A stretch of DNA of 64,000 bases. Origin: a virus. This document shows positions 36,348 to 46,026 of the stretch, piece after piece (position 1 is the first letter of the stretch; each line of letters begins with the position of its first letter). Location of the stretch: positions 32,001-96,000 of IMG/VR virus record IMGVR_UViG_3300024999_000041, one strand, 5' to 3'. The translations under genes and the position numbers were made by a program. The notes beneath the pieces were generated by a model. It was not told the origin of the DNA and did not search any database. It was given only the letters and a program-made list of their open reading frames with translations.

Positions 36348-37403
36348 TCAGTCCAAATAACTCCATCTAAAACCCCCACATGTTTTCCTTTTCCCTTTAC
36401 ATACTTTAACTATGCTTGTGATATCTAAATTATAGAAAAGAGATGCTTCCGTAATATTATTAAAAACAACATTAGTATCTAAGTTAATAACCTTCTTGGA
36501 AGTTCTTCCCTTACTCTTCTCCCCTATTTTCCTTTTGTGCTCCTCTGAGAGCTTCTTTCCTATGTTAGCTTGTCTAGTTTTCTCTATAGATTCAGGAGAC
36601 ATCTTCTTTCCTAGGTTTCCTAATCTAATCTTTTCTTTATGCTCCTCAGATAACTTTCTACCAAGTGTATGAGTATTTCCTAAGTTAGCTTGTCTTATCT
36701 TTTCTTTATGTTCCTCAGATAACTTATTACCCAGAGCATATTTATTTCTCTTACTCTTCTCCCCTATTTTCCTTTTATGTTCTTCAGACAATACATGTCC
36801 CAAGGTATGAGTATTCCCTTTTAACTTCTCACTCATTTTCTTCTTAGTTTCTTCCGATAGTATTTTACCCAAATTAGCTTGTCTTAATTTTTCTTTAGTT
36901 TCTTCCGATAGTATTTTACCCAAATTAGCTTGTCTAGTTTTCTCTATAGATTCAGGAGACATCTTCTTTCCTAGGTTTCCTAATCTAATCTTTTCTATAA
37001 CATCTTGTGGAAGCTTCCTTCCCCTCAAAGCTATACTGTTTGCTCTGCCGATTCTTATTCTAGTTTCCTTAGATAATTTTATTCCCAGATTACTTCCTGC
37101 TGTAGGATTGAAATTATAACAATCTTCTCCAAAAAATAAATCTAACCAATGCTGTTCTCTTTCTAACAGTTTCTTTTTAACTTCTTCCAAGCTCTCTAAC
37201 TTTTCTACATACTCTATAATTTCCCATTTGAAGTTTTCTCCCCCATGTAAATTATACGCATATTGTAAATATCTATTAGTATGGTTATTTTTAGAGAGTA
37301 AGTAAAAATGCTGTCTCTTACGATTATCTAAATTTACTGAACTTCCGATATATACTTTATTATTCCCTCTATTAGTTATTTTATAGATACCTGCTTTTTT
37401 CAT
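36348..37403 (-). CDS. GIY-YIG homing endonuclease with NUMOD3 repeats and C-terminal NUMOD1/IENR1 HTH
   Basis: GIYKITN...YIGSS...R..QH; many LSEEHK/ETK repeats; CKGKRKTCGGFRW. Confidence 0.9.
   Translation of the reverse strand: MKKAGIYKITNRGNNKVYIGSSVNLDNRKRQHFYLLSKNNHTNRYLQYAYNLHGGENFKWEIIEYVEKLESLEEVKKKLLEREQHWLDLFFGEDCYNFNPTAGSNLGIKLSKETRIRIGRANSIALRGRKLPQDVIEKIRLGNLGKKMSPESIEKTRQANLGKILSEETKEKLRQANLGKILSEETKKKMSEKLKGNTHTLGHVLSEEHKRKIGEKSKRNKYALGNKLSEEHKEKIRQANLGNTHTLGRKLSEEHKEKIRLGNLGKKMSPESIEKTRQANIGKKLSEEHKRKIGEKSKGRTSKKVINLDTNVVFNNITEASLFYNLDITSIVKVCKGKRKTCGGFRWSYLD
36565..36996. repeat. 72-bp identical direct repeats (36565-36636, 36925-36996) and shorter tandem units within NUMOD3 array
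   Basis: Direct sequence comparison. Confidence 0.85.
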
Positions 37404-37455
37404 TATACTTGTTCCTCAATGTATTTATATATCTATAATATAAATACAAGCGTTA

Positions 37456-38151
37456 TTATATGTCAATTCCTTTTCTAATAGGCACAGTATTCAAAACAGC
37501 TCCGCAATTGGGACAGTAATTAGACCTGAACTCAAAACTTCTCTTACAAGTAGAACATGTCTTCTCGAAATAGTGCTTAACACAACGTAAGTCCGTCATA
37601 AGGTCTGCTATATCTTTAACTTTATCATACAGTGGTTCAGACCACATCCTCCCAGTTAGAACTATTTCTAGGTCTGGTCTTTCCTCCTTCATAGTTCTTA
37701 TGAACTCAAAGAAAGTTTTCTGAGATATCAATGATAGGTTTAGAGCTCCTAGTATCTCATCCAACACTAACATGTTGTAAGGTTCAAAGTATTCTTCTAT
37801 GTGGTCTTGTGCTATTATATTCTTCTTAGTCTTACCAGTGTTTATATCATCTACCATAGAGAGCCAAGCCTCTCTTACAAGTACTTTATCCTCTTCATCT
37901 TTATTATGTTCCAGTATTACTTTATAGGGAACAGTATCGTGAGATTGTATAATAGTTATATTATTCTTAAACATCCTGCAAGATTTAAGTTCTCCGTAAA
38001 CCCTATCCACTGAGGAGTCCCCCTTCATGAATTGAGTTATCAAAACATTCCAGTCCTGACCCATAGCTCTCATCACTAAACCAAATGCACTTGTAGTCTT
38101 TCCTTTACCACTCCCAGTGTACACTTGTATCAAACCTGATTTATTTATCAT
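37456..38151 (-). CDS. cobO: Cob(I)alamin adenosyltransferase CobO/BtuR-like with Zn-ribbon insertion
   Basis: GLIQVYTGSGKGKTTSAFG, QFMKG, LVLDEI, VLTGR, ADLMT...KHYF...RKGID. Confidence 0.85.
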   Translation of the reverse strand: MINKSGLIQVYTGSGKGKTTSAFGLVMRAMGQDWNVLITQFMKGDSSVDRVYGELKSCRMFKNNITIIQSHDTVPYKVILEHNKDEEDKVLVREAWLSMVDDINTGKTKKNIIAQDHIEEYFEPYNMLVLDEILGALNLSLISQKTFFEFIRTMKEERPDLEIVLTGRMWSEPLYDKVKDIADLMTDLRCVKHYFEKTCSTCKRSFEFRSNYCPNCGAVLNTVPIRKGIDI

Positions 38152-38393
38152 TAATCTTTCGACTTCTTTCTTTTCTCTAAACTTTTTTGCATACTTTTAA
38201 TTCTAGGGTTAGCTTCAAACAACTCACAGAAATCCTGAGTTGGAATCTTTTCCCTAATAGGAATACAATATTCTCCCAACTGGAGTGCGGATATCAAAGG
38301 ACACTTAGCTAAGTGTTTACAGAATCTACACTTGTCTTCATCATCGAAGAATACTATGGGACCTCCATTACCCTCATCATAACTTAGGTACAT
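38151..38393 (-). CDS. Cys-rich hypothetical protein
   Basis: CRFC..CP...FC. Confidence 0.55.
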   Translation of the reverse strand: MYLSYDEGNGGPIVFFDDEDKCRFCKHLAKCPLISALQLGEYCIPIREKIPTQDFCELFEANPRIKSMQKSLEKRKKSKD

Positions 38394-38613
38394 AGAACCT
38401 CCTTTAATATTTATAGATTAAATCTGCATTCCTTCATCCAAGTCTACCATGACTACTCCATGATATACAATCAGAGATTTAGGATTGTCCCCTAAGATAC
38501 CAGCGTAATCTTGTAATCTATCTGTACTAACTTTTCTTAATAACCATATATAAAAACATAAAGGCATACATAATAATATGAATGTCTTAAGCTTTAATAA
38601 AAAATTCTTTAAC

Positions 38614-38931
38614 TTATTCATACTTAGTTTTAATCTCCTCTATTAATTTCTCTAACTTAATTCTTGTCAGAGATTCTTTCTTTAATCTTTTAGCTATGCC
38701 TTCTATGTTCTTAATTATGTTTAAGAACAATAGCATATTATTGTTTATTGGTTTCTTATTACATAATACATCAAGGAAAGCATCAGTTAAATAATAATGT
38801 TTCTTTCCTCCCCTACTGATAAATATCTTATTGTAATCATCTAACTTTAACATATACCCATCTGGTAATATTATATGGGGTATCTCTCCTCGTCTCAAGG
38901 CTCTCAAATCCTTACGGTTTATCATCTTCAT
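38614..38931 (-). CDS. Hypothetical protein
   Basis: Coupled ORF. Confidence 0.55.
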   Translation of the reverse strand: MKMINRKDLRALRRGEIPHIILPDGYMLKLDDYNKIFISRGGKKHYYLTDAFLDVLCNKKPINNNMLLFLNIIKNIEGIAKRLKKESLTRIKLEKLIEEIKTKYE

Positions 38932-39184
38932 CCTGCTCCAATTTTAGTCTAATAAGAATCAACGCTTCTTCTTCATCTATCTCTTCAAATGAATTAGCCT
39001 TCTTCCAATTGGATTTAAAATAACAGAGCCAGTCTATCTGATGCCTACAAAAGATATTCCTCTTGGGGATATAAAACAGGTGCTCCTCGTAATCTATCTC
39101 CCCTAACAGATTAACATCTTCATCCAGCAGGTATGATTTACCCACTTTAATTTCTTCTAGGATTTCTTCAGGATTTAAAACCAT
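38912..39184 (-). CDS. Hypothetical protein
   Basis: GGGAG RBS; FEEIDEEEA resembles array bodies. Confidence 0.55.
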   Translation of the reverse strand: MVLNPEEILEEIKVGKSYLLDEDVNLLGEIDYEEHLFYIPKRNIFCRHQIDWLCYFKSNWKKANSFEEIDEEEALILIRLKLEQDEDDKP

Positions 39185-39217
39185 TCGTCTCTCCCACTTA
39201 ACAAGATATCTTAAAAC

Positions 39218-39550
39218 TTAATGTTCTTTATAAATCATTTCATAAAAGTCATCTATCTCTTTATCATAATCCGTTTCTTTGATTAGTTCTAAACATTTAT
39301 TGAATAGATTTACTTTATCTATTCTTATTGTTAAAAGGTGCATGAAGAAACCCAACTTCGATTCATCTGCTGAAAAGATTGTTTCCATCTTAAAGTTCTC
39401 TAGGTTACTGGGTTCTTTTCTGGTAACATGAACCGATGTTCTACTATGCCATCTTAACACTTCAAAGCTGATATTCAACTCCTCACAAAGTTCAATAGCA
39501 TAGTAGTATTCATATTCATCATCTAAACATAGAACTGTTTCTTTTATCAT
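39218..39550 (-). CDS. Hypothetical protein
   Basis: Downstream of promoter. Confidence 0.6.
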   Translation of the reverse strand: MIKETVLCLDDEYEYYYAIELCEELNISFEVLRWHSRTSVHVTRKEPSNLENFKMETIFSADESKLGFFMHLLTIRIDKVNLFNKCLELIKETDYDKEIDDFYEMIYKEH

Positions 39551-39579
39551 AGTATCCCTTTAGACAACTTAGTACTCTG

Positions 39580-39608
39580 ATTATATCATCTATCGATATA
39601 AATGTCAA
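39580..39608 (-). promoter_or_regulatory. sigma70 promoter
   Basis: TTGACA-17-TATAAT with TG. Confidence 0.7.
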
Positions 39609-39617
39609 TATCCTTTT

Positions 39618-40499
39618 TTAGAATCGTAGTCCCAATTGTTCATGTACCAATTTTAAATATTCCATAGAAGCTTCAGGAGTTTCCAACTCTTGAAGAATCT
39701 TAAGGGTACTTATACTTTCAGAAGGATTCCTCTTCTTAAAATTAGATATCAAATTGTCTAAGTTAGATAAATCACAAATCTTATTAATAACTCTATCCAT
39801 ATTATTATATGCTTCAGGAACAAACACTTCCTTAGCAGGAGTTACCTTTAGCTGATTCAAGGATACAATACCCTTGTCAATAACAGCATAGGTTATAATA
39901 TCTCTAACTAGATTATATCCATCGGCAGTGTTCCTCATGAAGGAACCCATACGATAGACATTAGTAGTTTCAGTTACTATAGTTGAGTACGGAGAATGGT
40001 CGTGTCCTAAGAAGACATACTGATAACTCTTTAAGTTACCCATAGATAAACTTTCTTTAGGGGCTAAGTTATTATCTAAATAGAAATGTCCCAATAATAT
40101 ATTTGATTTTTTCTCGGGAAGTTTTAACTCTGGAACCACGGAAGCCACATCATAAGATACACCTTCTAATTCAAAAGATTCTAAATGTAAATCTATAACA
40201 TCGGAGTTCATTAGAGTTCCCATGTCTGTCTTATCTAAGTTAAGAGTTCTATAGGAAGCATCATGGTTCCCTAATATAGAGTGTAATCTTCCCTTATAAG
40301 GTTTTAATCTTTTAATTAATTTATTACAGTATTCTGTAGACACTGAAGAGCTATGAAATAAATCTCCAAGTATTATTACATACTTATATAATTTTAATAT
40401 GGATTCTAATTTATCTATACAAGTAGTAGGGTAGTCATCCATTCTACTTTTTGGTTTAGTGTCGGAGGCATGAAGGTCTCCTATTATAGCTGTCGCCAT
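39618..40499 (-). CDS. sbcD: Mre11/SbcD-like recombination nuclease
   Basis: GDLH, GDLFH, GNHD, GH, GHDH metallophosphoesterase motifs next to Rad50 halves. Confidence 0.8.
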   Translation of the reverse strand: MATAIIGDLHASDTKPKSRMDDYPTTCIDKLESILKLYKYVIILGDLFHSSSVSTEYCNKLIKRLKPYKGRLHSILGNHDASYRTLNLDKTDMGTLMNSDVIDLHLESFELEGVSYDVASVVPELKLPEKKSNILLGHFYLDNNLAPKESLSMGNLKSYQYVFLGHDHSPYSTIVTETTNVYRMGSFMRNTADGYNLVRDIITYAVIDKGIVSLNQLKVTPAKEVFVPEAYNNMDRVINKICDLSNLDNLISNFKKRNPSESISTLKILQELETPEASMEYLKLVHEQLGLRF

Positions 40500-40837
40500 T
40501 ATTCCTCCATTAAATCTTTTACGCTGTTGGTTATCTCTGTTATGGTTGCTCTAAATAGATATCTTCTCTTTTTATTTACTTTGTTATAACTATGTAAATA
40601 ATTAAGTTCTATCCATAAAGAATCTAATAACTCTAAATTACTTGGATTAAATAAAAATTTATTACAGTATTCAACTATCTCTATTAACTGTTGCCTATCT
40701 GATAAACATAATTCTTCAAAGTAAGTTTCATTTAAACTGGATAACTTTTCTTTGATACAAATTATCTTGTGCCTGTAATCAAGCATTAGGAACCTCTTCA
40801 ACTCTCCCATCGCTAATCCTATAAATCTTATTAGCAT
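40499..40837 (-). CDS. Hypothetical protein
   Basis: Co-oriented ORF; true start probably shorter. Confidence 0.5.
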   Translation of the reverse strand: MLIRFIGLAMGELKRFLMLDYRHKIICIKEKLSSLNETYFEELCLSDRQQLIEIVEYCNKFLFNPSNLELLDSLWIELNYLHSYNKVNKKRRYLFRATITEITNSVKDLMEE

Positions 40838-41402
40838 ACATCAGAAACCTAGGGTCGTGAGTTACTATCGATATTCTTAATCCTTTCTCTTGACAGATTC
40901 TACCTAGAAAAGTAAAAAAATTAGGAAGATACTCAGTAGAGATATAAGAATACTTTTCATCTACTTCTAAAAATTCTTTACCCTTATTCACTAATGCAAA
41001 GATATTAAGTATAGCGGAGATGACAGACCTAACCCCGTTGCCACATCCGTTCTTGAGAGATACTTCAAAATCATTATCTAAGTCTTTGAGTTTAAAAGAC
41101 AATCCTTTGGTTCCTCTTTTATCTTCTAGCTCTATTGCTATCTCATAACTCTTATCATAGAATATAAATCTAAGAGCGGAATTTATAAGCTCCTTCAAGA
41201 ATCCTATGCTTTTATCATATAGAATATCCTGACTCTTCTTGTAATAGATAGCAGATTCTCTAATTGTTTCTAAGTCCCTACTTTCTTCTTCTATCTCTTT
41301 TTTGGTTGAAAAGATATTACTTTCTATATTACTTACTCGAGATTTAAGAGACCCGTACCTTCTAACTCTATAATCGAGAGACAGTAAAATATTGTCATCC
41401 AT
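40779..41402 (-). CDS. Rad50/SbcC ATPase, C-terminal half
   Basis: Coiled coil, signature-like GCGNG, Walker B EVDE, VTHD. Confidence 0.75.
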   Translation of the reverse strand: MDDNILLSLDYRVRRYGSLKSRVSNIESNIFSTKKEIEEESRDLETIRESAIYYKKSQDILYDKSIGFLKELINSALRFIFYDKSYEIAIELEDKRGTKGLSFKLKDLDNDFEVSLKNGCGNGVRSVISAILNIFALVNKGKEFLEVDEKYSYISTEYLPNFFTFLGRICQEKGLRISIVTHDPRFLMYANKIYRISDGRVEEVPNA

Positions 41403-41403
41403 A

Positions 41404-41670
41404 TTAAATATTATCCTCTATCTCTCTGAGTTGGGGTTCAGAAGAGTTCATGTAGTTCTGAACTTGGTCTAAGAAGGATTCTACTTCTGGTTTCCTACTA
41501 TCCCTAAGTGCTACCACTTTCTTCCAATCCTTCAAATCTTCAAAATTATATTTCTTTACTAAACTACTTGCTTCTTTAACTTTCATATTCTTTACAGCTT
41601 CTATTTTAGATTGTCTTAATTGAAAAGCTTCGTAGTTCTTTTTAATAGCTTCTGCTTCTCTGATATCCAT
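41404..41670 (-). CDS. Small coiled-coil protein between Rad50 halves
   Basis: Helical, coupled. Confidence 0.6.
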   Translation of the reverse strand: MDIREAEAIKKNYEAFQLRQSKIEAVKNMKVKEASSLVKKYNFEDLKDWKKVVALRDSRKPEVESFLDQVQNYMNSSEPQLREIEDNI

Positions 41671-42786
41671 CTATACTTTCTCCTTTATAGTTTGTCCACA
41701 TAACGGGCAGGTATCCATAGAATCTAACTGTTCCTTTAGTTCTACCAAGTTCTTTTTAACTTCTTTCTCTTCATCAGATATATCTTTAACTTCTTTTAGA
41801 ATACTAATTAAATTTTCACAATCCCTATCGAGTTCTTGATATTGTTTCACAATATTAAAATCAAACTTAGGGTCTTCTGGAATATCTATGGACAAAGATT
41901 TATTTAAATCTACCAGCTTGTTAGCATCTTTATCTAGCTCGGTATAACTATTAACAATATTGAAATCGAACTCTTTATGAAGTATTTCTTTATTCACTAT
42001 TGACATACAATCTTCTAAGACTTTAACATTTTTATCTAGCTCGGTATAACTATTAACAATATTGAAATCGAACTCTTTTCTTTCAATCTTAGATATGTCA
42101 GATATAATTCTAAGACATGATACAATACTATTACAATCATTGTCCAGTCCTTTGTATTCCTGAAGCATGAATTGTAACTTATCCCTCATAGTCAATAAGT
42201 CTTCCTCACTATAAGAGTTTATGAAAGAGTTTATCTTACTAAGTCTCTCCTCGTTTATAGCAAGTTTATTATTCATATCGGCTATCTTACGTTTAGCTTC
42301 TGACTCATCTTCCTTTATCTTCTTCATGACAGCCGTGGAATCATTCTCGTTCATAGCAAAAATATCTTCAAATAATTTATATACTTGAGAGTCTGTTCTA
42401 TCAAATGGGAATAAAGAAGACCATTCATCTTGTATATTTATTATACTTCCATCTTCATCAAGATAAAAATCATTATCTGGAACTAGCTCGAATAAATCTG
42501 TTCTTCCTACTTTCTGATGAACTATTCCATCTATCTCATATATAGATTCTTTGGGAGTTCTAGTCCACTTAACTTTCATTCTGTCCGTCTCTATCTCCAC
42601 TTCAGCTTTGTCTTTGCCATGTTTAATGAAAGATTTAGCCTCTGGAGGATTCTTTAGTAGAGAATAGATAGCTCTTATAGTTGATGTCTTACCAGAGTTA
42701 GAGGGTCCTATTATAGCTGTGATGCCTACAGGAAATTCTAATTCAGCTTCAGCGATAAGTTGAAAGTTCTTTATTTTTAATTTCAT
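41671..42786 (-). CDS. Rad50/SbcC ATPase, N-terminal half
   Basis: IKNFQ, Walker A GPSNSGKT, coiled coil, terminal CPLCG zinc hook. Confidence 0.8.
   Translation of the reverse strand: MKLKIKNFQLIAEAELEFPVGITAIIGPSNSGKTSTIRAIYSLLKNPPEAKSFIKHGKDKAEVEIETDRMKVKWTRTPKESIYEIDGIVHQKVGRTDLFELVPDNDFYLDEDGSIINIQDEWSSLFPFDRTDSQVYKLFEDIFAMNENDSTAVMKKIKEDESEAKRKIADMNNKLAINEERLSKINSFINSYSEEDLLTMRDKLQFMLQEYKGLDNDCNSIVSCLRIISDISKIERKEFDFNIVNSYTELDKNVKVLEDCMSIVNKEILHKEFDFNIVNSYTELDKDANKLVDLNKSLSIDIPEDPKFDFNIVKQYQELDRDCENLISILKEVKDISDEEKEVKKNLVELKEQLDSMDTCPLCGQTIKEKV
41929..42078. repeat. 48-bp identical repeat, 102-nt period, in Rad50 coiled coil
   Basis: KEFDFNIVNSYTELDK twice plus a diverged third copy. 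Confidence 0.8.
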
Positions 42787-42836
42787 ATATCTTTCCTAAT
42801 TACTATAGCATAATTAATATTATATCATATCTTAAT

Positions 42837-42864
42837 AAAAAAAGCTAGAGGTTTTTCTCTAGCT
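42837..42864 (-). terminator. Intrinsic terminator
   Basis: AGCTAGAG/CTCTAGCT hairpin plus T-run. Confidence 0.65.
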
Positions 42865-42884
42865 CTTAAAAATTTTAATATGAT

Positions 42885-43109
42885 TTATTCTTTTGGTACC
42901 TTTATAAAAGGAGTTTCTTTAGCAACACCAAGTATATAGTCTTTTAATTCCTGTTCATCTATTCCGCCATTCAAAGCTTTCTCTATCATATAAGATACAA
43001 GTAGAGCATCCTCTTGGTTATATACTTCTGCTACTATCTCATCCACTCCGTCTTTAGTTACAACTAATTTGTAATTCTTCTTAAACTGTATTATTCTTAC
43101 TTTACTCAT
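42885..43109 (-). CDS. Hypothetical protein
   Basis: Coupled to recA. Confidence 0.55.
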   Translation of the reverse strand: MSKVRIIQFKKNYKLVVTKDGVDEIVAEVYNQEDALLVSYMIEKALNGGIDEQELKDYILGVAKETPFIKVPKE

Positions 43110-44223
43110 CTTCTTCTACTATATCCTCCTCTGTTTTCTCATGTACTAATGTGTAAGCTCCATCATTTTTTAAGAACTCATCTAGCTCTGCAAAGTTATC
43201 TTTAACCCATTTATATAAAGACTTCATACCACAGAGACTCCACTCTCCCCCCGCTGGGTTAGGAATGATTTCAGTTTTCCAATAAGCTCCCGCTGATTTA
43301 ATATATCCTTTACTTTTCAACAGGTCTACTAAGAAATAAATATTAGAAACACCCTTAGTAAATATCAAAGGAAATACTATTGGAATCTTAGAAAATCCTT
43401 TCCTGTTCTTATCTGCCTTAGCAGAGATATAGCATCCAACTGGTACGTCTTTCTCTCCTTCTAATGTTATCCTCTTCTCCATCATATCGGCTCCTCCAGT
43501 TCTACCACTGTCTTTCTTTAAAGATATGATAACGTCTGGTTGATAGTGTAGAGCCTTGCAACCTGCCGATTTAGTTTTCTTGTCGTAGGGACCTTTCGCT
43601 TCTATATTAGCTCTCTCTTGATTTACCAAGAAAGTTGTAATACCCGCTTTCCTTAACAGTACCCTAAACTTCTGTAAGAAGGATGTCATAGCCTTTGCCT
43701 GTCCACACATCATGGGGTCTATGACTGACCTAGTTAATACAGAGAGAGCTAACACATTAGTAATACTATCTATAATGACCACATCGTAAGCAGGAACATC
43801 TTGTTTAACTAATCCCTCTAATATCTTTTCTAAATGTCCTACGGTCTGTAACTCATCTACGAAATTAAATAACCCCTTATCTATATAAGGTAGCATTCCT
43901 TGGGATTCAATCATGTTAGCTAAACCAGCTTCCACGTCTATGAAGAGAACTTTCTTACCATACTGTTCCATCAATCTTCTAGCCATGTGTAGTACTAAAG
44001 TAGTCTTACCTAAACCTTCTGGAGAATATATCATAATCATATCTCCCTCTCGGATACCTCCAGATAACAATATATCCATGGGGATAATTCCAGTAGGAAC
44101 TACTTCGTCTTCTCTGGCTTCTGCATTAACATATTTCTTCAAGAAGTCATCAAAGGATAACTTCATATTTATTCCAGCTAAATCCGTGTCTTCTTTCTTC
44201 TTGGCTTGTTTCTTTGGTGCCAT
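43102..44223 (-). CDS. recA: RecA/UvsX-like recombinase
   Basis: PTGIIPMDILLSGG, SPEGLGKTT, FIDVE, IIDSI, NQER; start moved to MAPKK after GGAGG. Confidence 0.85.
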   Translation of the reverse strand: MAPKKQAKKKEDTDLAGINMKLSFDDFLKKYVNAEAREDEVVPTGIIPMDILLSGGIREGDMIMIYSPEGLGKTTLVLHMARRLMEQYGKKVLFIDVEAGLANMIESQGMLPYIDKGLFNFVDELQTVGHLEKILEGLVKQDVPAYDVVIIDSITNVLALSVLTRSVIDPMMCGQAKAMTSFLQKFRVLLRKAGITTFLVNQERANIEAKGPYDKKTKSAGCKALHYQPDVIISLKKDSGRTGGADMMEKRITLEGEKDVPVGCYISAKADKNRKGFSKIPIVFPLIFTKGVSNIYFLVDLLKSKGYIKSAGAYWKTEIIPNPAGGEWSLCGMKSLYKWVKDNFAELDEFLKNDGAYTLVHEKTEEDIVEEDE

Positions 44224-44242
44224 TTTATGTCCTCCCGTTGTT

Positions 44243-44794
44243 TTATGATACACTTGTCGCAAAATCTCGTGCCATACGTTTGGCATCCTCTAGGGTAGAT
44301 GCTACCCATTCTCCTCTTCCTTTTGTATAATGAGGACAACTATCTTCATTACATTCTATTCGGGTATCCCTACAAAGTAATCTACTTGTCCCATCATCTA
44401 TTCCGTAATCTTCTACTAAATCAGAGCAAGCTCCCCAGACACTTCCATACCTATAATCTTCAAAGTTATCTGGAATATAGTGAGCATCTCCTTTCTTACA
44501 AGTAGAACCTATTCCAAATCCAAAGATAGCTCTATGACTCCACCCATACCACTTCTGTTCTTTAGTAGAGAATCCTACACTACAAACTTTATTCTCTGGC
44601 TTAGATGTTTGGAACTCTGAGTCTATAGAGTACCTATCCATCTTGATAGCTAACTCTACAGCATCATCTATGTACTTACCATCTTTGTTGTAAGCCCAAA
44701 CCATTATGATATCCTTACAACCTTCTGCGGAACATCTAACTAATCGGATATCAAAGTTATCAAACTCTATTATTCTTATTAACTCTTCTTCCAT
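44243..44794 (-). CDS. Hypothetical phage protein
   Basis: SVGFS..EQKWYGWSHRAIFGFGIG motif. Confidence 0.65.
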   Translation of the reverse strand: MEEELIRIIEFDNFDIRLVRCSAEGCKDIIMVWAYNKDGKYIDDAVELAIKMDRYSIDSEFQTSKPENKVCSVGFSTKEQKWYGWSHRAIFGFGIGSTCKKGDAHYIPDNFEDYRYGSVWGACSDLVEDYGIDDGTSRLLCRDTRIECNEDSCPHYTKGRGEWVASTLEDAKRMARDFATSVS

Positions 44795-45444
44795 ATATTA
44801 TCTCCTAATATATAGATTCCCTCTTCTTTGTTAAATTTTAGACATCCTCTATTTATTAAATCCTTCACACAATAATTTAAAGAGGCATGGGCTTTGTTAT
44901 GACAAGAAGCATTTCTACACAGGTACAAGTTATCTAGCTCATTATCACTATTGTCCATATTAATATGATGAACTACCTCCTCCATACTCAGGATTCTTCC
45001 TAAATCTTCTTCTATCACAAGACGGTGTTGTGCCACATAACCTTTTCTATTATTAATATGATTAGGAGAATACTGAAGAATACTTCCAGAGGTTTTATAT
45101 TTAAGACCCTTTACTTGCTTTCCCCTCATTAGTTCTTTTTTGCATTCTTTGCTACATACTGTAGCAATTTCTCTTTTTCCTAATATGTGAACTCTAAAAC
45201 ATTCCTTACCACAAAAAATGCAAGAAGATTTATAAAAATAGTTGTATCCTATATCTCCTTTTTTATTGATATGATATTTTTTGTACAAACCGTTATCACA
45301 AAGAATGTACTCTCCTAATACTTCAAGTCTCCTCTTCAAATTAAATTCATTGTAGCATTTACGAGAGCATGTTTTAGAATCAATGCTACTGGGTCTAACA
45401 TAATAATTCTTACCACAAACAATACAACTATTCCACAATTCCAA
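44779..45444 (-). CDS. HNH homing endonuclease with Zn-finger repeats
   Basis: CIVCG..CS..C; GYVAQHRLV...VVHHINMDNSDN..DNL..H...H. Confidence 0.85.
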   Translation of the reverse strand: MELWNSCIVCGKNYYVRPSSIDSKTCSRKCYNEFNLKRRLEVLGEYILCDNGLYKKYHINKKGDIGYNYFYKSSCIFCGKECFRVHILGKREIATVCSKECKKELMRGKQVKGLKYKTSGSILQYSPNHINNRKGYVAQHRLVIEEDLGRILSMEEVVHHINMDNSDNELDNLYLCRNASCHNKAHASLNYCVKDLINRGCLKFNKEEGIYILGDNIWKKS

Positions 45445-45967
45445 ACTCCTTTGTATGTTTAAATAGATAATCTGCTAGTAGTAAAGATTCTGCTCTTCCG
45501 TCATGTTTCTTTAATTTAATACAATCTTTTGATTCTGGATACATCTCCCTAACTAAAGAGATAGACTTGCCTTTATCACTATCAAGATTATAGTATGTCT
45601 TCCATTTCCTAGGAGAGACTTTATGTAAATTGAAGTTTGAATTTTGAACGGAGGCTACCACTAGCCCATAATTATATCCGAAAGTAAATACTGATACTAC
45701 TCCCTGTCCTGGCATAGAAGCCACTTTTTCTATAAGTACTTCGGTTTTTTCTACTGCATAGACATTTATAATATCTCGTAACTTGACGGTATCCACTTCT
45801 CTGATGAATATCTCTTCCCTCTTCATTTTGGAGATATTCATTTTCTTCTTCCCAGTAGAAGTAGATTTTATAGGAATATCCACTACTAGTTCAACGACTC
45901 CATTCCTAATTACGGATATCCCTCCTTGGAAGCCTGGGTCTATACCAATAAAGAACTTGTCTTTCAT
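45428..45967 (-). CDS. ruvC: RuvC-like Holliday junction resolvase
   Basis: IGIDPG, IEKV, P..WK, DGRAE. Confidence 0.8.
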   Translation of the reverse strand: MKDKFFIGIDPGFQGGISVIRNGVVELVVDIPIKSTSTGKKKMNISKMKREEIFIREVDTVKLRDIINVYAVEKTEVLIEKVASMPGQGVVSVFTFGYNYGLVVASVQNSNFNLHKVSPRKWKTYYNLDSDKGKSISLVREMYPESKDCIKLKKHDGRAESLLLADYLFKHTKEFGIVE

Positions 45968-45978
45968 AATGTTTCTCC

Positions 45979-46014
45979 TAGAGATAAGAGGTTAAAATTA
46001 ACCTCTTATCTCTA
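45979..46014. repeat. Perfect 17-bp inverted repeat
   Basis: TAGAGATAAGAGGTTAA-AA-TTAACCTCTTATCTCTA. Confidence 0.85.
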
Positions 46015-46026
46015 TTCTTATAAATC

